Counted from the stretch's first letter, positions 1 to 13,938 are shown. The stretch: DNA of 64,000 nucleotides from Eukaryota sp. GEM-RC1 (GCA_040285855.1 JAUFOQ010000002.1:186001-250000), one strand, 5' to 3'. Notes: generated by a model from the letters alone, not told the origin. Numbers and translations are program-made.

Positions 1-105
1 TGACCTGGTTCTGCTCACTTTTGCTATAATCTTGACAGAACTGACTATAATCTTGACAACTTCTTTTCACTTTCCCTCAAATATCTCTCTTTATTATTCA
101 TAAAT

Positions 106-1732
106 ATGAGCTTAAATCAAAACATCGTCTTAAATGAGGAGGACCCTACAATCAATATAACAACACCAGTTCCAAATAATTTGATGTCTTTTGAATCCTA
201 TGAAGATGCTGTTAACTCTCTGCAAAAGTGGGCCGGTGATAAAGGTTTCTCTCTCCGTACCGATGGTGGTAATGAAGGCCGTGGACGTGTTTATCTTTTA
301 TGCTTTTGTGCTTCTGTCCATAGACCTGGTCGTGTTAATGAGAACAATGACATTGTTCGACGTCGCTCAAAGACAAGAGTTAGGCAATGTGCTTTTAAGC
401 TGTACCTTAAACTTCAACGACGAACTTTGGAAGGTTGAATCAAGAAGTATAGTACACAACCATATGCTAGCAGCTGATAAAACTTCTACTTCTGAGTTGT
501 ATCACTCAATCAATTGGAAAGACTCATGTGTGCCCCGCTATCCACCACTCCGAAAAAAATCCTGTTGCAACTCAGGAAAGAAGCAAGAACCAATAATGAA
601 GCAGTTTTATTAACAGCCAAAGATATTTCAAATATCCGCTATAAAACGAAATTGGAATCACAGGAGGGCCAAGGGCCAATTGACAGTTTGATTGAAAAAA
701 CGCGGACGGGTACATCTTTCGAGTTAAGTCTGATGCCGAAAACCGACTTGAAGCCCTGTTTATTGTAAACCGGGAGGTACTGCCGATTGCCAGAAGATTT
801 CGGTATGTGTTCTGTCTTGACAGTACTTATAAGACAAATACATTTGGTATGCCAATGTTTCATATGGTTGGTTTTACGTGTTTAAATTCATCGTTCAGTG
901 CTGCCTGTGTCTTTATGGCGAAAGAAACTGAAGAATACTATCTTTGGACCTTGGAACAATTTAAAGATGTAATTAACATTAATCCAGGAGTTTTTCTTAC
1001 AGATAAAGAAAAGGCATTGAATAATGCTGTCAGGCAAGTGTTTCCTACATCCGGTCACGTTTTATGCTTGTTCCATATCGTTCAAAATTTAATCCAAATT
1101 AAGAACGCTAAAGGAATTTCTGATCCAGCATGGAAAATATTTATGGAACATTTTTACTCCGTAATTCAAAGTGAAGCATTCGAAGAATTTTGTTGGAATT
1201 TGGACGTGATGACAGGCAAATATGAAAATGACCGAGAATGTGGTGATGCCTTCATCTATTTAATTAACAATTGGTTCGATATGAAGGAAAGTTTCTGTTA
1301 TTACAATATTGATCAATTCACTCACTTTGAAACTTACACGAACAATCGAGCCGAGTCCGCCCACAATGCACTAAAATCCGGAGATCGAATGTACAAAAGA
1401 GACTTGGAGAGTGCTATGGAAAATGTTATGGCTACTATGGAGCATCAAGTAATCGACTTAAGAAGAAACATTGATGTTGATAAGCAGAGAGTCGACCGAG
1501 AACTGATGAACACCCCTTTATTTGTGAACGTAATTCGACACGTGTCATCTTTTGCTTTGTTGAAGGTTTTACAAATTATTGCTTTTAGCCAAACGAATCA
1601 TGTGGATTCAGTATATTCAGGTAGAACTGAGAGAATAACTGGAATTCCATGTATTCACAGCAGTAAAAGAACACAAAGACTTTCCAAAGATATGTTTCAT
1701 CGACAGTGGTGGTTAGATGAGGAAGCAGAACC
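106..1732 (+). pseudogene. MULE transposase 5' part: FAR1/WRKY-like DNA-binding domain plus MULE DDE domain, frameshifted (copy 1)
   Basis: C...CAFKLYL...W...HNH zinc motif across frames; LDSTYKTN, FLTDKEKAL, LCLFHI, TNNRAESAH MULE motifs; GIPCIH (degenerate SWIM). Confidence 0.9.
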
Positions 1733-1866
1733 GAGTTTGACTATAATCTTGACAAAAATGACTAAAATCTTGACAAAAATGACTATGCTCTTGACAAAAA
1801 TGACTAGAATCTTGACAGCTTCTCATTCTTGCTAGAATCTTGACAGAACTGACTAGATTCTTGACA
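1733..1866 (+). repeat. ~21-bp subterminal tandem repeats of the MULE end (TGACTAwAATCTTGACAAAAA)
   Basis: About six degenerate copies; two more at the left end (16-60); present in every unit. Confidence 0.85.
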
Positions 1867-2017
1867 AGTTGCTTTCTGATCCATTTTAGTGATATCATCA
1901 TTTCTTCGTCACTGCCTCACTGTCTCCCTCTTTATGTTCTGGACCTGGGAGTTTCTGCTTTCGTTATCACATATACTTTAGTAGTTCAAATTCTACATTC
2001 TACAGTTCACTATTGCT

Positions 2018-2309
2018 CTAATGCTCACAATCACAATCTTTCTTGAATTTCTTACATCTTTGACAATGACTTCTGCTATCATGTCCTTCCTGGCGACACA
2101 CTCTACATTTCCTTGCGGTTTTCTTCTTTTGAGTTCTCATCACCCTACCATTCTCCTCATGAACTTTTGGACCTTCGTATCGATGGGCAGACCTTGCTAA
2201 ACCCACATTGGCAGCCTCTTCTAACCGTACCTTGTCTGCTGCTGACTCAGTAGACCGCCATTGATTGAACAGTTCTTCAACAGGATTAGAAATTTGACCT
2301 GGTTCTGCT
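2018..2309 (-). pseudogene. Inverted 3' part of the same MULE transposase, with C-terminal CCHC zinc knuckle
   Basis: Minus strand reads AEPGQISNPVEELF...RKCRVCRQEGHDSRSHC, continuing the plus-strand ...WWLDEEAEP. Confidence 0.85.
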
Positions 2310-2399
2310 CACTTTTGCTATAATCTTGACAGAACTGACTATAATCTTGACAACTTCTTTTCACTTTCCCTCAAATATCTCTCTTTATTATTCATAAAT

Positions 2400-4026
2400 A
2401 TGAGCTTAAATCAAAACATCGTCTTAAATGAGGAGGACCCTACAATCAATCCAACAACACCAGTTCCAAATAATTTGATGTCTTTTGAATCCTATGAAGA
2501 TGCTGTTAACTCTCTGCAAAAGTGGGCCGGTGATAAAGGTTTCTCTCTCCGTACCGATGGTGGTAATGAAGGCCGTGGACGTGTTTATCTTTTATGCTCC
2601 TGTGCTTCTGTCCATAGACCTGGTCGTGTTAATGAGAACAATGACATTGTTCGACGTCGCTCAAAGACAAGAGTTAGGCAATGTGCTTTTAAGCTGTACC
2701 TTAAACTTCAACGACGAACTTTGGAAGGTTGAATCAAGAAGTATAGTACACAAACATATGCTAGCAGCTGATAAAACTTCTACTTCTGAGTTGTATCACT
2801 CAATCAATTGGAAAGACTCATGTGTGCCCCGCTATCCACCACTCCGAAAAAAATCCTGTTGCAACTCAGGAAAGAAGCAAGAACCAATAATGAAGCAGTT
2901 TTATTAACAGCCAAAGATATTTCAAATATCCGCTATAAAACGAAATTGGAATCACAGGAGGGCCGAGGGCCAATTGACAGTTTGATTGAAAAAACGCGGA
3001 CGGGTACATCTTTCGAGTTAAGTCTGATGCCGAAAACCGACTTGAAGCCCTGTTTATTGTAAACCGGGAGGTACTGCCGATTGCCAGAAGATTTCGGTAT
3101 GTGTTCTGTCTTGACAGTACTTATAAGACAAATACATTTGGTATGCCAATGTTTCATATGGTTGGTTTTACGTGTTTAAATTCATCGTTCAGTGCTGCCT
3201 GTGTCTTTATGGCGAAAGAAACTGAAGAATACTATCTTTGGACCTTGGAACAATTTAAAGATGTAATTAACATTAATCCAGGAGTTTTTCTTACAGATAA
3301 AGAAAAGGCATTGAATAATGCTGTCAGGCAAGTGTTTCCTACATCCGGTCACGTTTTATGCTTGTTCCATATCGTTCAAAATTTAATCCAAATTAAGAAC
3401 GCTAAAGGAATTTCTGATCCAGCATGGAAAATATTTATGGAACATTTTTACTCCGTAATTCAAAGTGAAGCATTAGAAGAATTTTGTTGGAATTTGGACG
3501 TGATGACAGGCAAATATGAAAATGACCGAGAATGTGGTGATGCCTTCATCTATTTAATTAACAATTGGTTCGATATGAAGGAAAGTTTCTGTTATTACAA
3601 TATTGATCAATTCACTCACTTTGAAACTTACACGAACAATCGAGCCGAGTCCGCCCACAATGCACTAAAATCCGGAGATCGAATGTACAAAAGAGACTTG
3701 GAGAGTGCTATGGAAAATGTTATGGCTACTATGGAGCATCAAGTAATCGACTTAAGAAGAAACATTGATGTTGATAAGCAGAGAGTCGACCGAGAACTGA
3801 TGAACACCCCTTTATTTGTGAACGTAATTCGACACGTGTCATCTTTTGCTTTGTTGAAGGTTTTACAAATTATTGCTTTTAGCCAAACGAATCATGTGGA
3901 TTCAGTATATTCAGGTAGAACTGAGAGAATAACTGGAATTCCATGTATTCACAGCAGTAAAAGAACACAAAGACTTTCCAAAGATATGTTTCATCGACAG
4001 TGGTGGTTAGATGAGGAAGCAGAACC
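2400..4026 (+). pseudogene. MULE transposase copy 2 (variant B)
   Basis: As copy 1 with diagnostic changes I>P, F>S, N>K, Q>R, F>L. Confidence 0.9.
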
Positions 4027-4693
4027 GAGTTTGACTATAATCTTGACAAAAATGACTAAAATCTTGACAAAAATGACTATGCTCTTGACAAAAATGACTA
4101 GAATCTTGACAGCTTCTCATTCTTGCTAGAATCTTGACAGAACTGACTAGATTCTTGACAAGTTGCTTTCTGATCCATTTTAGTGATATCATCATTTCTT
4201 CGTCACTGCCTCACTGTCTCCCTCTTTATGTTCTGGACCTGGGAGTTTCTGCTTTCGTTATCACATATACTTTAGTAGTTCAAATTCTACATTCTACAGT
4301 TCACTATTGCTCTAATGCTCACAATCACAATTTTTCTTGAATTTCTTACATCTTTGACAATGACTTCTGCTATCATGTCCTTCCTGGCGACACACTCTAC
4401 ATTTCCTTGCGGTTTTCTTCTTTTGAGTTCTCATCACCCTACCATTCTCCTCATGAACTTTTGGACCTTCGTATCGATGGGCAGACCTTGCTAAACCCAC
4501 ATTGGCAGCCTCTTCTAACCGTACCTTGTCTGCTGCTGACTCAGTAGACCGCCATTGATTGAACAGTTCTTCAACAGGATTAGAAATTTGACCTGGTTCT
4601 GCTCACTTTTGCTATAATCTTGACAGAACTGACTATAATCTTGACAACTTCTTTTCACTTTCCCTCAAATATCTCTCTTTATTATTCATAAAT

Positions 4694-6321
4694 ATGAGCT
4701 TAAATCAAAACATCGTCTTAAATGAGGAGGACCCTACAATCAATATAACAACACCAGTTCCAAATAATTTGATGTCTTTTGAATCCTATGAAGATGCTGT
4801 TAACTCTCTGCAAAAGTGGGCCGGTGATAAAGGTTTCTCTCTCCGTACCGATGGTGGTAATGAAGGCCGTGGACGTGTTTATCTTTTATGCTTTTTGTGC
4901 TTCTGTCCATAGACCTGGTCGTGTTAATGAGAACAATGACATTGTTCGACGTCGCTCAAAGACAAGAGTTAGGCAATGTGCTTTTAAGCTGTACCTTAAA
5001 CTTCAACGACGAACTTTGGAAGGTTGAATCAAGAAGTATAGTACACAACCATATGCTAGCAGCTGATAAAACTTCTACTTCTGAGTTGTATCACTCAATC
5101 AATTGGAAAGACTCATGTGTGCCCCGCTATCCACCACTCCGAAAAAAATCCTGTTGCAACTCAGGAAAGAAGCAAGAACCAATAATGAAGCAGTTTTATT
5201 AACAGCCAAAGATATTTCAAATATCCGCTATAAAACGAAATTGGAATCACAGGAGGGCCAAGGGCCAATTGACAGTTTGATTGAAAAAACGCGGACGGGT
5301 ACATCTTTCGAGTTAAGTCTGATGCCGAAAACCGACTTGAAGCCCTGTTTATTGTAAACCGGGAGGTACTGCCGATTGCCAGAAGATTTCGGTATGTGTT
5401 CTGTCTTGACAGTACTTATAAGACAAATACATTTGGTATGCCAATGTTTCATATGGTTGGTTTTACGTGTTTAAATTCATCGTTCAGTGCTGCCTGTGTC
5501 TTTATGGCGAAAGAAACTGAAGAATACTATCTTTGGACCTTGGAACAATTTAAAGATGTAATTAACATTAATCCAGGAGTTTTTCTTACAGATAAAGAAA
5601 AGGCATTGAATAATGCTGTCAGGCAAGTGTTTCCTACATCCGGTCACGTTTTATGCTTGTTCCATATCGTTCAAAATTTAATCCAAATTAAGAACGCTAA
5701 AGGAATTTCTGATCCAGCATGGAAAATATTTATGGAACATTTTTACTCCGTAATTCAAAGTGAAGCATTCGAAGAATTTTGTTGGAATTTGGACGTGATG
5801 ACAGGCAAATATGAAAATGACCGAGAATGTGGTGATGCCTTCATCTATTTAATTAACAATTGGTTCGATATGAAGGAAAGTTTCTGTTATTACAATATTG
5901 ATCAATTCACTCACTTTGAAACTTACACGAACAATCGAGCCGAGTCCGCCCACAATGCACTAAAATCCGGAGATCGAATGTACAAAAGAGACTTGGAGAG
6001 TGCTATGGAAAATGTTATGGCTACTATGGAGCATCAAGTAATCGACTTAAGAAGAAACATTGATGTTGATAAGCAGAGAGTCGACCGAGAACTGATGAAC
6101 ACCCCTTTATTTGTGAACGTAATTCGACACGTGTCATCTTTTGCTTTGTTGAAGGTTTTACAAATTATTGCTTTTAGCCAAACGAATCATGTGGATTCAG
6201 TATATTCAGGTAGAACTGAGAGAATAACTGGAATTCCATGTATTCACAGCAGTAAAAGAACACAAAGACTTTCCAAAGATATGTTTCATCGACAGTGGTG
6301 GTTAGATGAGGAAGCAGAACC
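4694..6321 (+). pseudogene. MULE transposase copy 3 (variant A)
   Basis: As copy 1, with one extra T near 4892. Confidence 0.9.
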
Positions 6322-6988
6322 GAGTTTGACTATAATCTTGACAAAAATGACTAAAATCTTGACAAAAATGACTATGCTCTTGACAAAAATGACTAGAATC
6401 TTGACAGCTTCTCATTCTTGCTAGAATCTTGACAGAACTGACTAGATTCTTGACAAGTTGCTTTCTGATCCATTTTAGTGATATCATCATTTCTTCGTCA
6501 CTGCCTCACTGTCTCCCTCTTTATGTTCTGGACCTGGGAGTTTCTGCTTTCGTTATCACATATACTTTAGTAGTTCAAATTCTACATTCTACAGTTCACT
6601 ATTGCTCTAATGCTCACAATCACAATCTTTCTTGAATTTCTTACATCTTTGACAATGACTTCTGCTATCATGTCCTTCCTGGCGACACACTCTACATTTC
6701 CTTGCGGTTTTCTTCTTTTGAGTTCTCATCACCCTACCATTCTCCTCATGAACTTTTGGACCTTCGTATCGATGGGCAGACCTTGCTAAACCCACATTGG
6801 CAGCCTCTTCTAACCGTACCTTGTCTGCTGCTGACTCAGTAGACCGCCATTGATTGAACAGTTCTTCAACAGGATTAGAAATTTGACCTGGTTCTGCTCA
6901 CTTTTGCTATAATCTTGACAGAACTGACTATAATCTTGACAACTTCTTTTCACTTTCCCTCAAATATCTCTCTTTATTATTCATAAAT

Positions 6989-8542
6989 ATGAGCTTAAAT
7001 CAAAACATCGTCTTAAATGAGGAGGACCCTACAATCAATCCAACAACACCAGTTCCAAATAATTTGATGTCTTTTGAATCCTATGAAGATGCTGTTAACT
7101 CTCTGCAAAAGTGGGCCGGTGATAAAGGTTTCTCTCTCCGTACCGATGGTGGTAATGAAGGCCGTGGACGTGTTTATCTTTTATGCTCCTGTGCTTCTGT
7201 CCATAGACCTGGTCGTGTTAATGAGAACAATGACATTGTTCGACGTCGCTCAAAGACAAGAGTTAGGCAATGTGCTTTTAAGCTGTACCTTAAACTTCAA
7301 CGACGAACTTTGGAAGGTTGAATCAAGAAGTATAGTACACAAACATATGCTAGCAGCTGATAAAACTTCTACTTCTGAGTTGTATCACTCAATCAATTGG
7401 AAAGACTCATGTGTGCCCCGCTATCCACCACTCCGAAAAAAATCCTGTTGCAACTCAGGAAAGAAGCAAGAACCAATAATGAAGCAGTTTTATTAACAGC
7501 CAAAGATATTTCAAATATCCGCTATAAAACGAAATTGGAATCACAGGAGGGCCGAGGGCCAATTGACAGTTTGATTGAAAAAACGCGGACGGGTACATCT
7601 TTCGAGTTAAGTCTGATGCCGAAAACCGACTTGAAGCCCTGTTTATTGTAAACCGGGAGGTACTGCCGATTGCCAGAAGATTTCGGTATGTGTTCTGTCT
7701 TGACAGTACTTATAAGACAAATACATTTGGTATGCCAATGTTTCATATGGTTGGTTTTACGTGTTTAAATTCATCGTTCAGTGCTGCCTGTGTCTTTATG
7801 GCGAAAGAAACTGAAGAATACTATCTTTGGACCTTGGAACAATTTAAAGATGTAATTAACATTAATCCAGGAGTTTTTCTTACAGATAAAGAAAAGGCAT
7901 TGAATAATGCTGTCAGGCAAGTGTTTCCTACATCCGGTCACGTTTTATGCTTGTTCCATATCGTTCAAAATTTAATCCAAATTAAGAACGCTAAAGGAAT
8001 TTCTGATCCAGCATGGAAAATATTTATGGAACATTTTTACTCCGTAATTCAAAGTGAAGCATTAGAAGAATTTTGTTGGAATTTGGACGTGATGACAGGC
8101 AAATATGAAAATGACCGAGAATGTGGTGATGCCTTCATCTATTTAATTAACAATTGGTTCGATATGAAGGAAAGTTTCTGTTATTACAATATTGATCAAT
8201 TCACTCACTTTGAAACTTACACGAACAATCGAGCCGAGTCCGCCCACAATGCACTAAAATCCGGAGATCGAATGTACAAAAGAGACTTGGAGAGTGCTAT
8301 GGAAAATGTTATGGCTACTATGGAGCATCAAGTAATCGACTTAAGAAGAAACATTGATGTTGATAAGCAGAGAGTCGACCGAGAACTGATGAACACCCCT
8401 TTATTTGTGAACGTAATTCGACACGTGTCATCTTTTGCTTTGTTGAAGGTTTTACAAATTATTGCTTTTAGCCAAACGAATCATGTGGATTCAGTATATT
8501 CAGGTAGAACTGAGAGAATAACTGGAATTCCATGTATTCACA
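6989..8542 (+). pseudogene. MULE transposase copy 4 (variant B), truncated at the fold-back
   Basis: Identity to the unit ends at GIPCIH (8542). Confidence 0.9.
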
Positions 8543-8544
8543 TT

Positions 8545-9790
8545 GCTCGATTGTTCGTGTAAGTTTCAAAGTGAGTGAATTGATCAATATTGTAATAACA
8601 GAAACTTTCCTTCATATCGAACCAATTGTTAATTAAATAGATGAAGGCATCACCACATTCTCGGTCATTTTCATATTTGCCTGTCATCACGTCCAAATTC
8701 CAACAAAATTCTTCTAATGCTTCACTTTGAATTACGGAGTAAAAATGTTCCATAAATATTTTCCATGCTGGATCAGAAATTCCTTTAGCGTTCTTAATTT
8801 GGATTAAATTTTGAACGATATGGAACAAGCATAAAACGTGACCGGATGTAGGAAACACTTGCCTGACAGCATTATTCAATGCCTTTTCTTTATCTGTAAG
8901 AAAAACTCCTGGATTAATGTTAATTACATCTTTAAATTGTTCCAAGGTCCAAAGATAGTATTCTTCAGTTTCTTTCGCCATAAAGACACAGGCAGCACTG
9001 AACGATGAATTTAAACACGTAAAACCAACCATATGAAACATTGGCATACCAAATGTATTTGTCTTATAAGTACTGTCAAGACAGAACACATACCGAAATC
9101 TTCTGGCAATCGGCAGTACCTCCCGGTTTACAATAAACAGGGCTTCAAGTCGGTTTTCGGCATCAGACTTAACTCGAAAGATGTACCCGTCCGCGTTTTT
9201 TCAATCAAACTGTCAATTGGCCCTCGGCCCTCCTGTGATTCCAATTTCGTTTTATAGCGGATATTTGAAATATCTTTGGCTGTTAATAAAACTGCTTCAT
9301 TATTGGTTCTTGCTTCTTTCCTGAGTTGCAACAGGATTTTTTTCGGAGTGGTGGATAGCGGGGCACACATGAGTCTTTCCAATTGATTGAGTGATACAAC
9401 TCAGAAGTAGAAGTTTTATCAGCTGCTAGCATATGTTTGTGTACTATACTTCTTGATTCAACCTTCCAAAGTTCGTCGTTGAAGTTTAAGGTACAGCTTA
9501 AAAGCACATTGCCTAACTCTTGTCTTTGAGCGACGTCGAACAATGTCATTGTTCTCATTAACACGACCAGGTCTATGGACAGAAGCACAGGAGCATAAAA
9601 GATAAACACGTCCACGGCCTTCATTACCACCATCGGTACGGAGAGAGAAACCTTTATCACCGGCCCACTTTTGCAGAGAGTTAACAGCATCTTCATAGGA
9701 TTCAAAAGACATCAAATTATTTGGAACTGGTGTTGTTGGATTGATTGTAGGGTCCTCCTCATTTAAGACGATGTTTTGATTTAAGCTCAT
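8545..9790 (-). pseudogene. MULE transposase inverted copy (variant B), truncated
   Basis: Reverse complement of copy 4 up to YTNNRA. Confidence 0.9.
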
Positions 9791-10456
9791 ATTTATGAAT
9801 AATAAAGAGAGATATTTGAGGGAAAGTGAAAAGAAGTTGTCAAGATTATAGTCAGTTCTGTCAAGATTATAGCAAAAGTGAGCAGAACCAGGTCAAATTT
9901 CTAATCCTGTTGAAGAACTGTTCAATCAATGGCGGTCTACTGAGTCAGCAGCAGACAAGGTACGGTTAGAAGAGGCTGCCAATGTGGGTTTAGCAAGGTC
10001 TGCCCATCGATACGAAGGTCCAAAAGTTCATGAGGAGAATGGTAGGGTGATGAGAACTCAAAAGAAGAAAACCGCAAGGAAATGTAGAGTGTGTCGCCAG
10101 GAAGGACATGATAGCAGAAGTCATTGTCAAAGATGTAAGAAATTCAAGAAAGATTGTGATTGTGAGCATTAGAGCAATAGTGAACTGTAGAATGTAGAAT
10201 TTGAACTACTAAAGTATATGTGATAACGAAAGCAGAAACTCCCAGGTCCAGAACATAAAGAGGGAGACAGTGAGGCAGTGACGAAGAAATGATGATATCA
10301 CTAAAATGGATCAGAAAGCAACTTGTCAAGAATCTAGTCAGTTCTGTCAAGATTCTAGCAAGAATGAGAAGCTGTCAAGATTCTAGTCATTTTGTCAAGA
10401 GCATAGTCATTTTTGTCAAGATTTTAGTCATTTTTGTCAAGATTATAGTCAAACTC

Positions 10457-12085
10457 GGTTCTGCTTCCTCATCTAACCACCACTGTCGATGAAACATATC
10501 TTTGGAAAGTCTTTGTGTTCTTTTACTGCTGTGAATACATGGAATTCCAGTTATTCTCTCAGTTCTACCTGAATATACTGAATCCACATGATTCGTTTGG
10601 CTAAAAGCAATAATTTGTAAAACCTTCAACAAAGCAAAAGATGACACGTGTCGAATTACGTTCACAAATAAAGGGGTGTTCATCAGTTCTCGGTCGACTC
10701 TCTGCTTATCAACATCAATGTTTCTTCTTAAGTCGATTACTTGATGCTCCATAGTAGCCATAACATTTTCCATAGCACTCTCCAAGTCTCTTTTGTACAT
10801 TCGATCTCCGGATTTTAGTGCATTGTGGGCGGACTCGGCTCGATTGTTCGTGTAAGTTTCAAAGTGAGTGAATTGATCAATATTGTAATAACAGAAACTT
10901 TCCTTCATATCGAACCAATTGTTAATTAAATAGATGAAGGCATCACCACATTCTCGGTCATTTTCATATTTGCCTGTCATCACGTCCAAATTCCAACAAA
11001 ATTCTTCGAATGCTTCACTTTGAATTACGGAGTAAAAATGTTCCATAAATATTTTCCATGCTGGATCAGAAATTCCTTTAGCGTTCTTAATTTGGATTAA
11101 ATTTTGAACGATATGGAACAAGCATAAAACGTGACCGGATGTAGGAAACACTTGCCTGACAGCATTATTCAATGCCTTTTCTTTATCTGTAAGAAAAACT
11201 CCTGGATTAATGTTAATTACATCTTTAAATTGTTCCAAGGTCCAAAGATAGTATTCTTCAGTTTCTTTCGCCATAAAGACACAGGCAGCACTGAACGATG
11301 AATTTAAACACGTAAAACCAACCATATGAAACATTGGCATACCAAATGTATTTGTCTTATAAGTACTGTCAAGACAGAACACATACCGAAATCTTCTGGC
11401 AATCGGCAGTACCTCCCGGTTTACAATAAACAGGGCTTCAAGTCGGTTTTCGGCATCAGACTTAACTCGAAAGATGTACCCGTCCGCGTTTTTTTCAATC
11501 AAACTGTCAATTGGCCCTTGGCCCTCCTGTGATTCCAATTTCGTTTTATAGCGGATATTTGAAATATCTTTGGCTGTTAATAAAACTGCTTCATTATTGG
11601 TTCTTGCTTCTTTCCTGAGTTGCAACAGGATTTTTTTCGGAGTGGTGGATAGCGGGGCACACATGAGTCTTTCCAATTGATTGAGTGATACAACTCAGAA
11701 GTAGAAGTTTTATCAGCTGCTAGCATATGGTTGTGTACTATACTTCTTGATTCAACCTTCCAAAGTTCGTCGTTGAAGTTTAAGGTACAGCTTAAAAGCA
11801 CATTGCCTAACTCTTGTCTTTGAGCGACGTCGAACAATGTCATTGTTCTCATTAACACGACCAGGTCTATGGACAGAAGCACAAAAAGCATAAAAGATAA
11901 ACACGTCCACGGCCTTCATTACCACCATCGGTACGGAGAGAGAAACCTTTATCACCGGCCCACTTTTGCAGAGAGTTAACAGCATCTTCATAGGATTCAA
12001 AAGACATCAAATTATTTGGAACTGGTGTTGTTATATTGATTGTAGGGTCCTCCTCATTTAAGACGATGTTTTGATTTAAGCTCAT
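10457..12085 (-). pseudogene. MULE transposase inverted copy (variant A)
   Basis: 429-aa ORF here is open across an A-run that is frameshifted in the other copies. Confidence 0.9.
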
Positions 12086-12965
12086 ATTTATGAATAATAA
12101 AGAGAGATATTTGAGGGAAAGTGAAAAGAAGTTGTCAAGATTATAGTCAGTTCTGTCAAGATTATAGCAAAAGTGAGCAGAACCAGGTCAAATTTCTAAT
12201 CCTGTTGAAGAACTGTTCAATCAATGGCGGTCTACTGAGTCAGCAGCAGACAAGGTACGGTTAGAAGAGGCTGCCAATGTGGGTTTAGCAAGGTCTGCCC
12301 ATCGATACGAAGGTCCAAAAGTTCATGAGGAGAATGGTAGGGTGATGAGAACTCAAAAGAAGAAAACCGCAAGGAAATGTAGAGTGTGTCGCCAGGAAGG
12401 ACATGATAGCAGAAGTCATTGTCAAAGATGTAAGAAATTCAAGAAAGATTGTGATTGTGAGCATTAGAGCAATAGTGAACTGTAGAATGTAGAATTTGAA
12501 CTACTAAAGTATATGTGATAACGAAAGCAGAAACTCCCAGGTCCAGAACATAAAGAGGGAGACAGTGAGGCAGTGACGAAGAAATGATGATATCACTAAA
12601 ATGGATCAGAAAGCAACTTGTCAAGAATCTAGTCAGTTCTGTCAAGATTCTAGCAAGAATGAGAAGCTGTCAAGATTCTAGTCATTTTTGTCAAGAGCAT
12701 AGTCATTTTTGTCAAGATTTTAGTCATTTTTGTCAAGATTATAGTCAAACTCTGTACTGGTATGTCGTTGTACGATCACTTCTGACTTACGTAATGTTAA
12801 ATCACCATTCAATATCAAGACAAATATTTATTTGGATCCTTTCTCAGCAGAAAACAATTCCAAAAAAACAACACTTCCAAGCAAACGTGAATGAAGATTT
12901 GGCAAAAAAACACATCATGTTTCAACAATTTAGATAGTGTGTATTAGCATTTCATCTTGGATGAA

Positions 12966-13060
12966 CCATGGAACGCAAATGTTCCGTACAGCGGCGATTT
13001 TAAGCGTACCGTACGTGCCTACGTACGGTACATGTACCGGTACAGGACTTTTGACCGACT
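12966..13060. repeat. Dispersed palindrome-rich repeat; second copy at ~48149-48240
   Basis: ATGGAACGCAAATGyTCCGTACmGCGGCGATTTTA...TACGTACGGTACATGTACCGG...CTTTTGACCGA shared by both loci. Confidence 0.75.
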
Positions 13061-13938
13061 AAAGTAAATTAATACTGTTTTGAACCTGATAATCCAATGT
13101 GAAGACGCATGAAAACAACAATAGTAGCGCCTTCCACTGACAATACATTAAATGATAAAGGGTATGAAAAAATAAAGATTGTGTTTCTAAATCATTAGAA
13201 GATCCAAAAGCAAATTGTAATAGTACAGTGCTTGATGTTTTTTACGTTTTTAATTTTTATTGACAAAAACCATAGTTGCAAAATACCAAATACAGTATTT
13301 TCTTGTATTCTGGATTTTTTCTGTATTATGTATTGTATTTTTTTCTGGAAACGTGTATTTGTATTTGTACTGTTTGCATTTCTTTTATCAGCCCAAAAAT
13401 CCCTGTAATTGATGAAAATGACTGAAGTAAATGAGATAAACACTCGATAGCGGGTCTTGCTGATCAATTATACTATTGTTTGGTACAATTGGGTCATGCA
13501 ATCTAGTTTCACTACTGTCAGTCAGTGATGAAGACTCAAAACCATGATGAGACGAGCTGCACGACACTCAGTTTGATACTGTTTTGAAGATGTACGGTTA
13601 GTCTTTTGTATAACTCCATGACAGTTCTTTTCGTGGACCCAATGAACATTTGAACCCTCGGTGCATTTTGGAATCAAAAGAACAATTCGGTTGATAAATT
13701 AAAAGAAGTCTAAGAATGCGTACCGAAGAGGTGAACCATGATAACCCTGAAGATGAATCACTTTTGCAGTCGTTGGACTCAATACAGTTAGTGTAATACT
13801 TGCATTCATTAACAAGAAAAAAATACACTTAATAAAGTATTCTGTATTGTATTATTATTTTGTCCGTGTATTTTTCAACTATGACAAAAACACTACAGTG
13901 TACATACATCTAATAATCAATATCCTCAAAGTCCAGAC

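Larger units (their letters stand above)
16..2309 (+). mobile_element. MULE transposon unit 1 (self-inverted)
   Basis: Left end CACTTTTGCTATAATCTTGAC at 16; right end read inward GAGTTTGACTATAATCTTGAC at 1733; 9-bp AGCAGAACC (1724-1732) and its reverse complement GGTTCTGCT (2301-2309). Confidence 0.85.
1..12752. repeat. Tandem plus inverted array of a 2294-bp rearranged Mutator (MULE) transposon unit
   Basis: Near-identical ORF sets recur at 106/2400/4694/6989 (period 2294-2295). Orientation flips at ~8543; 8545-12752 mirrors 4027-8234. Confidence 0.97.

Noticed and set aside
1733..1866. 21-bp repeats as a CRISPR array
   Set aside because: Head-to-tail with no unique spacers; they are MULE subterminal repeats, and no cas genes are present.
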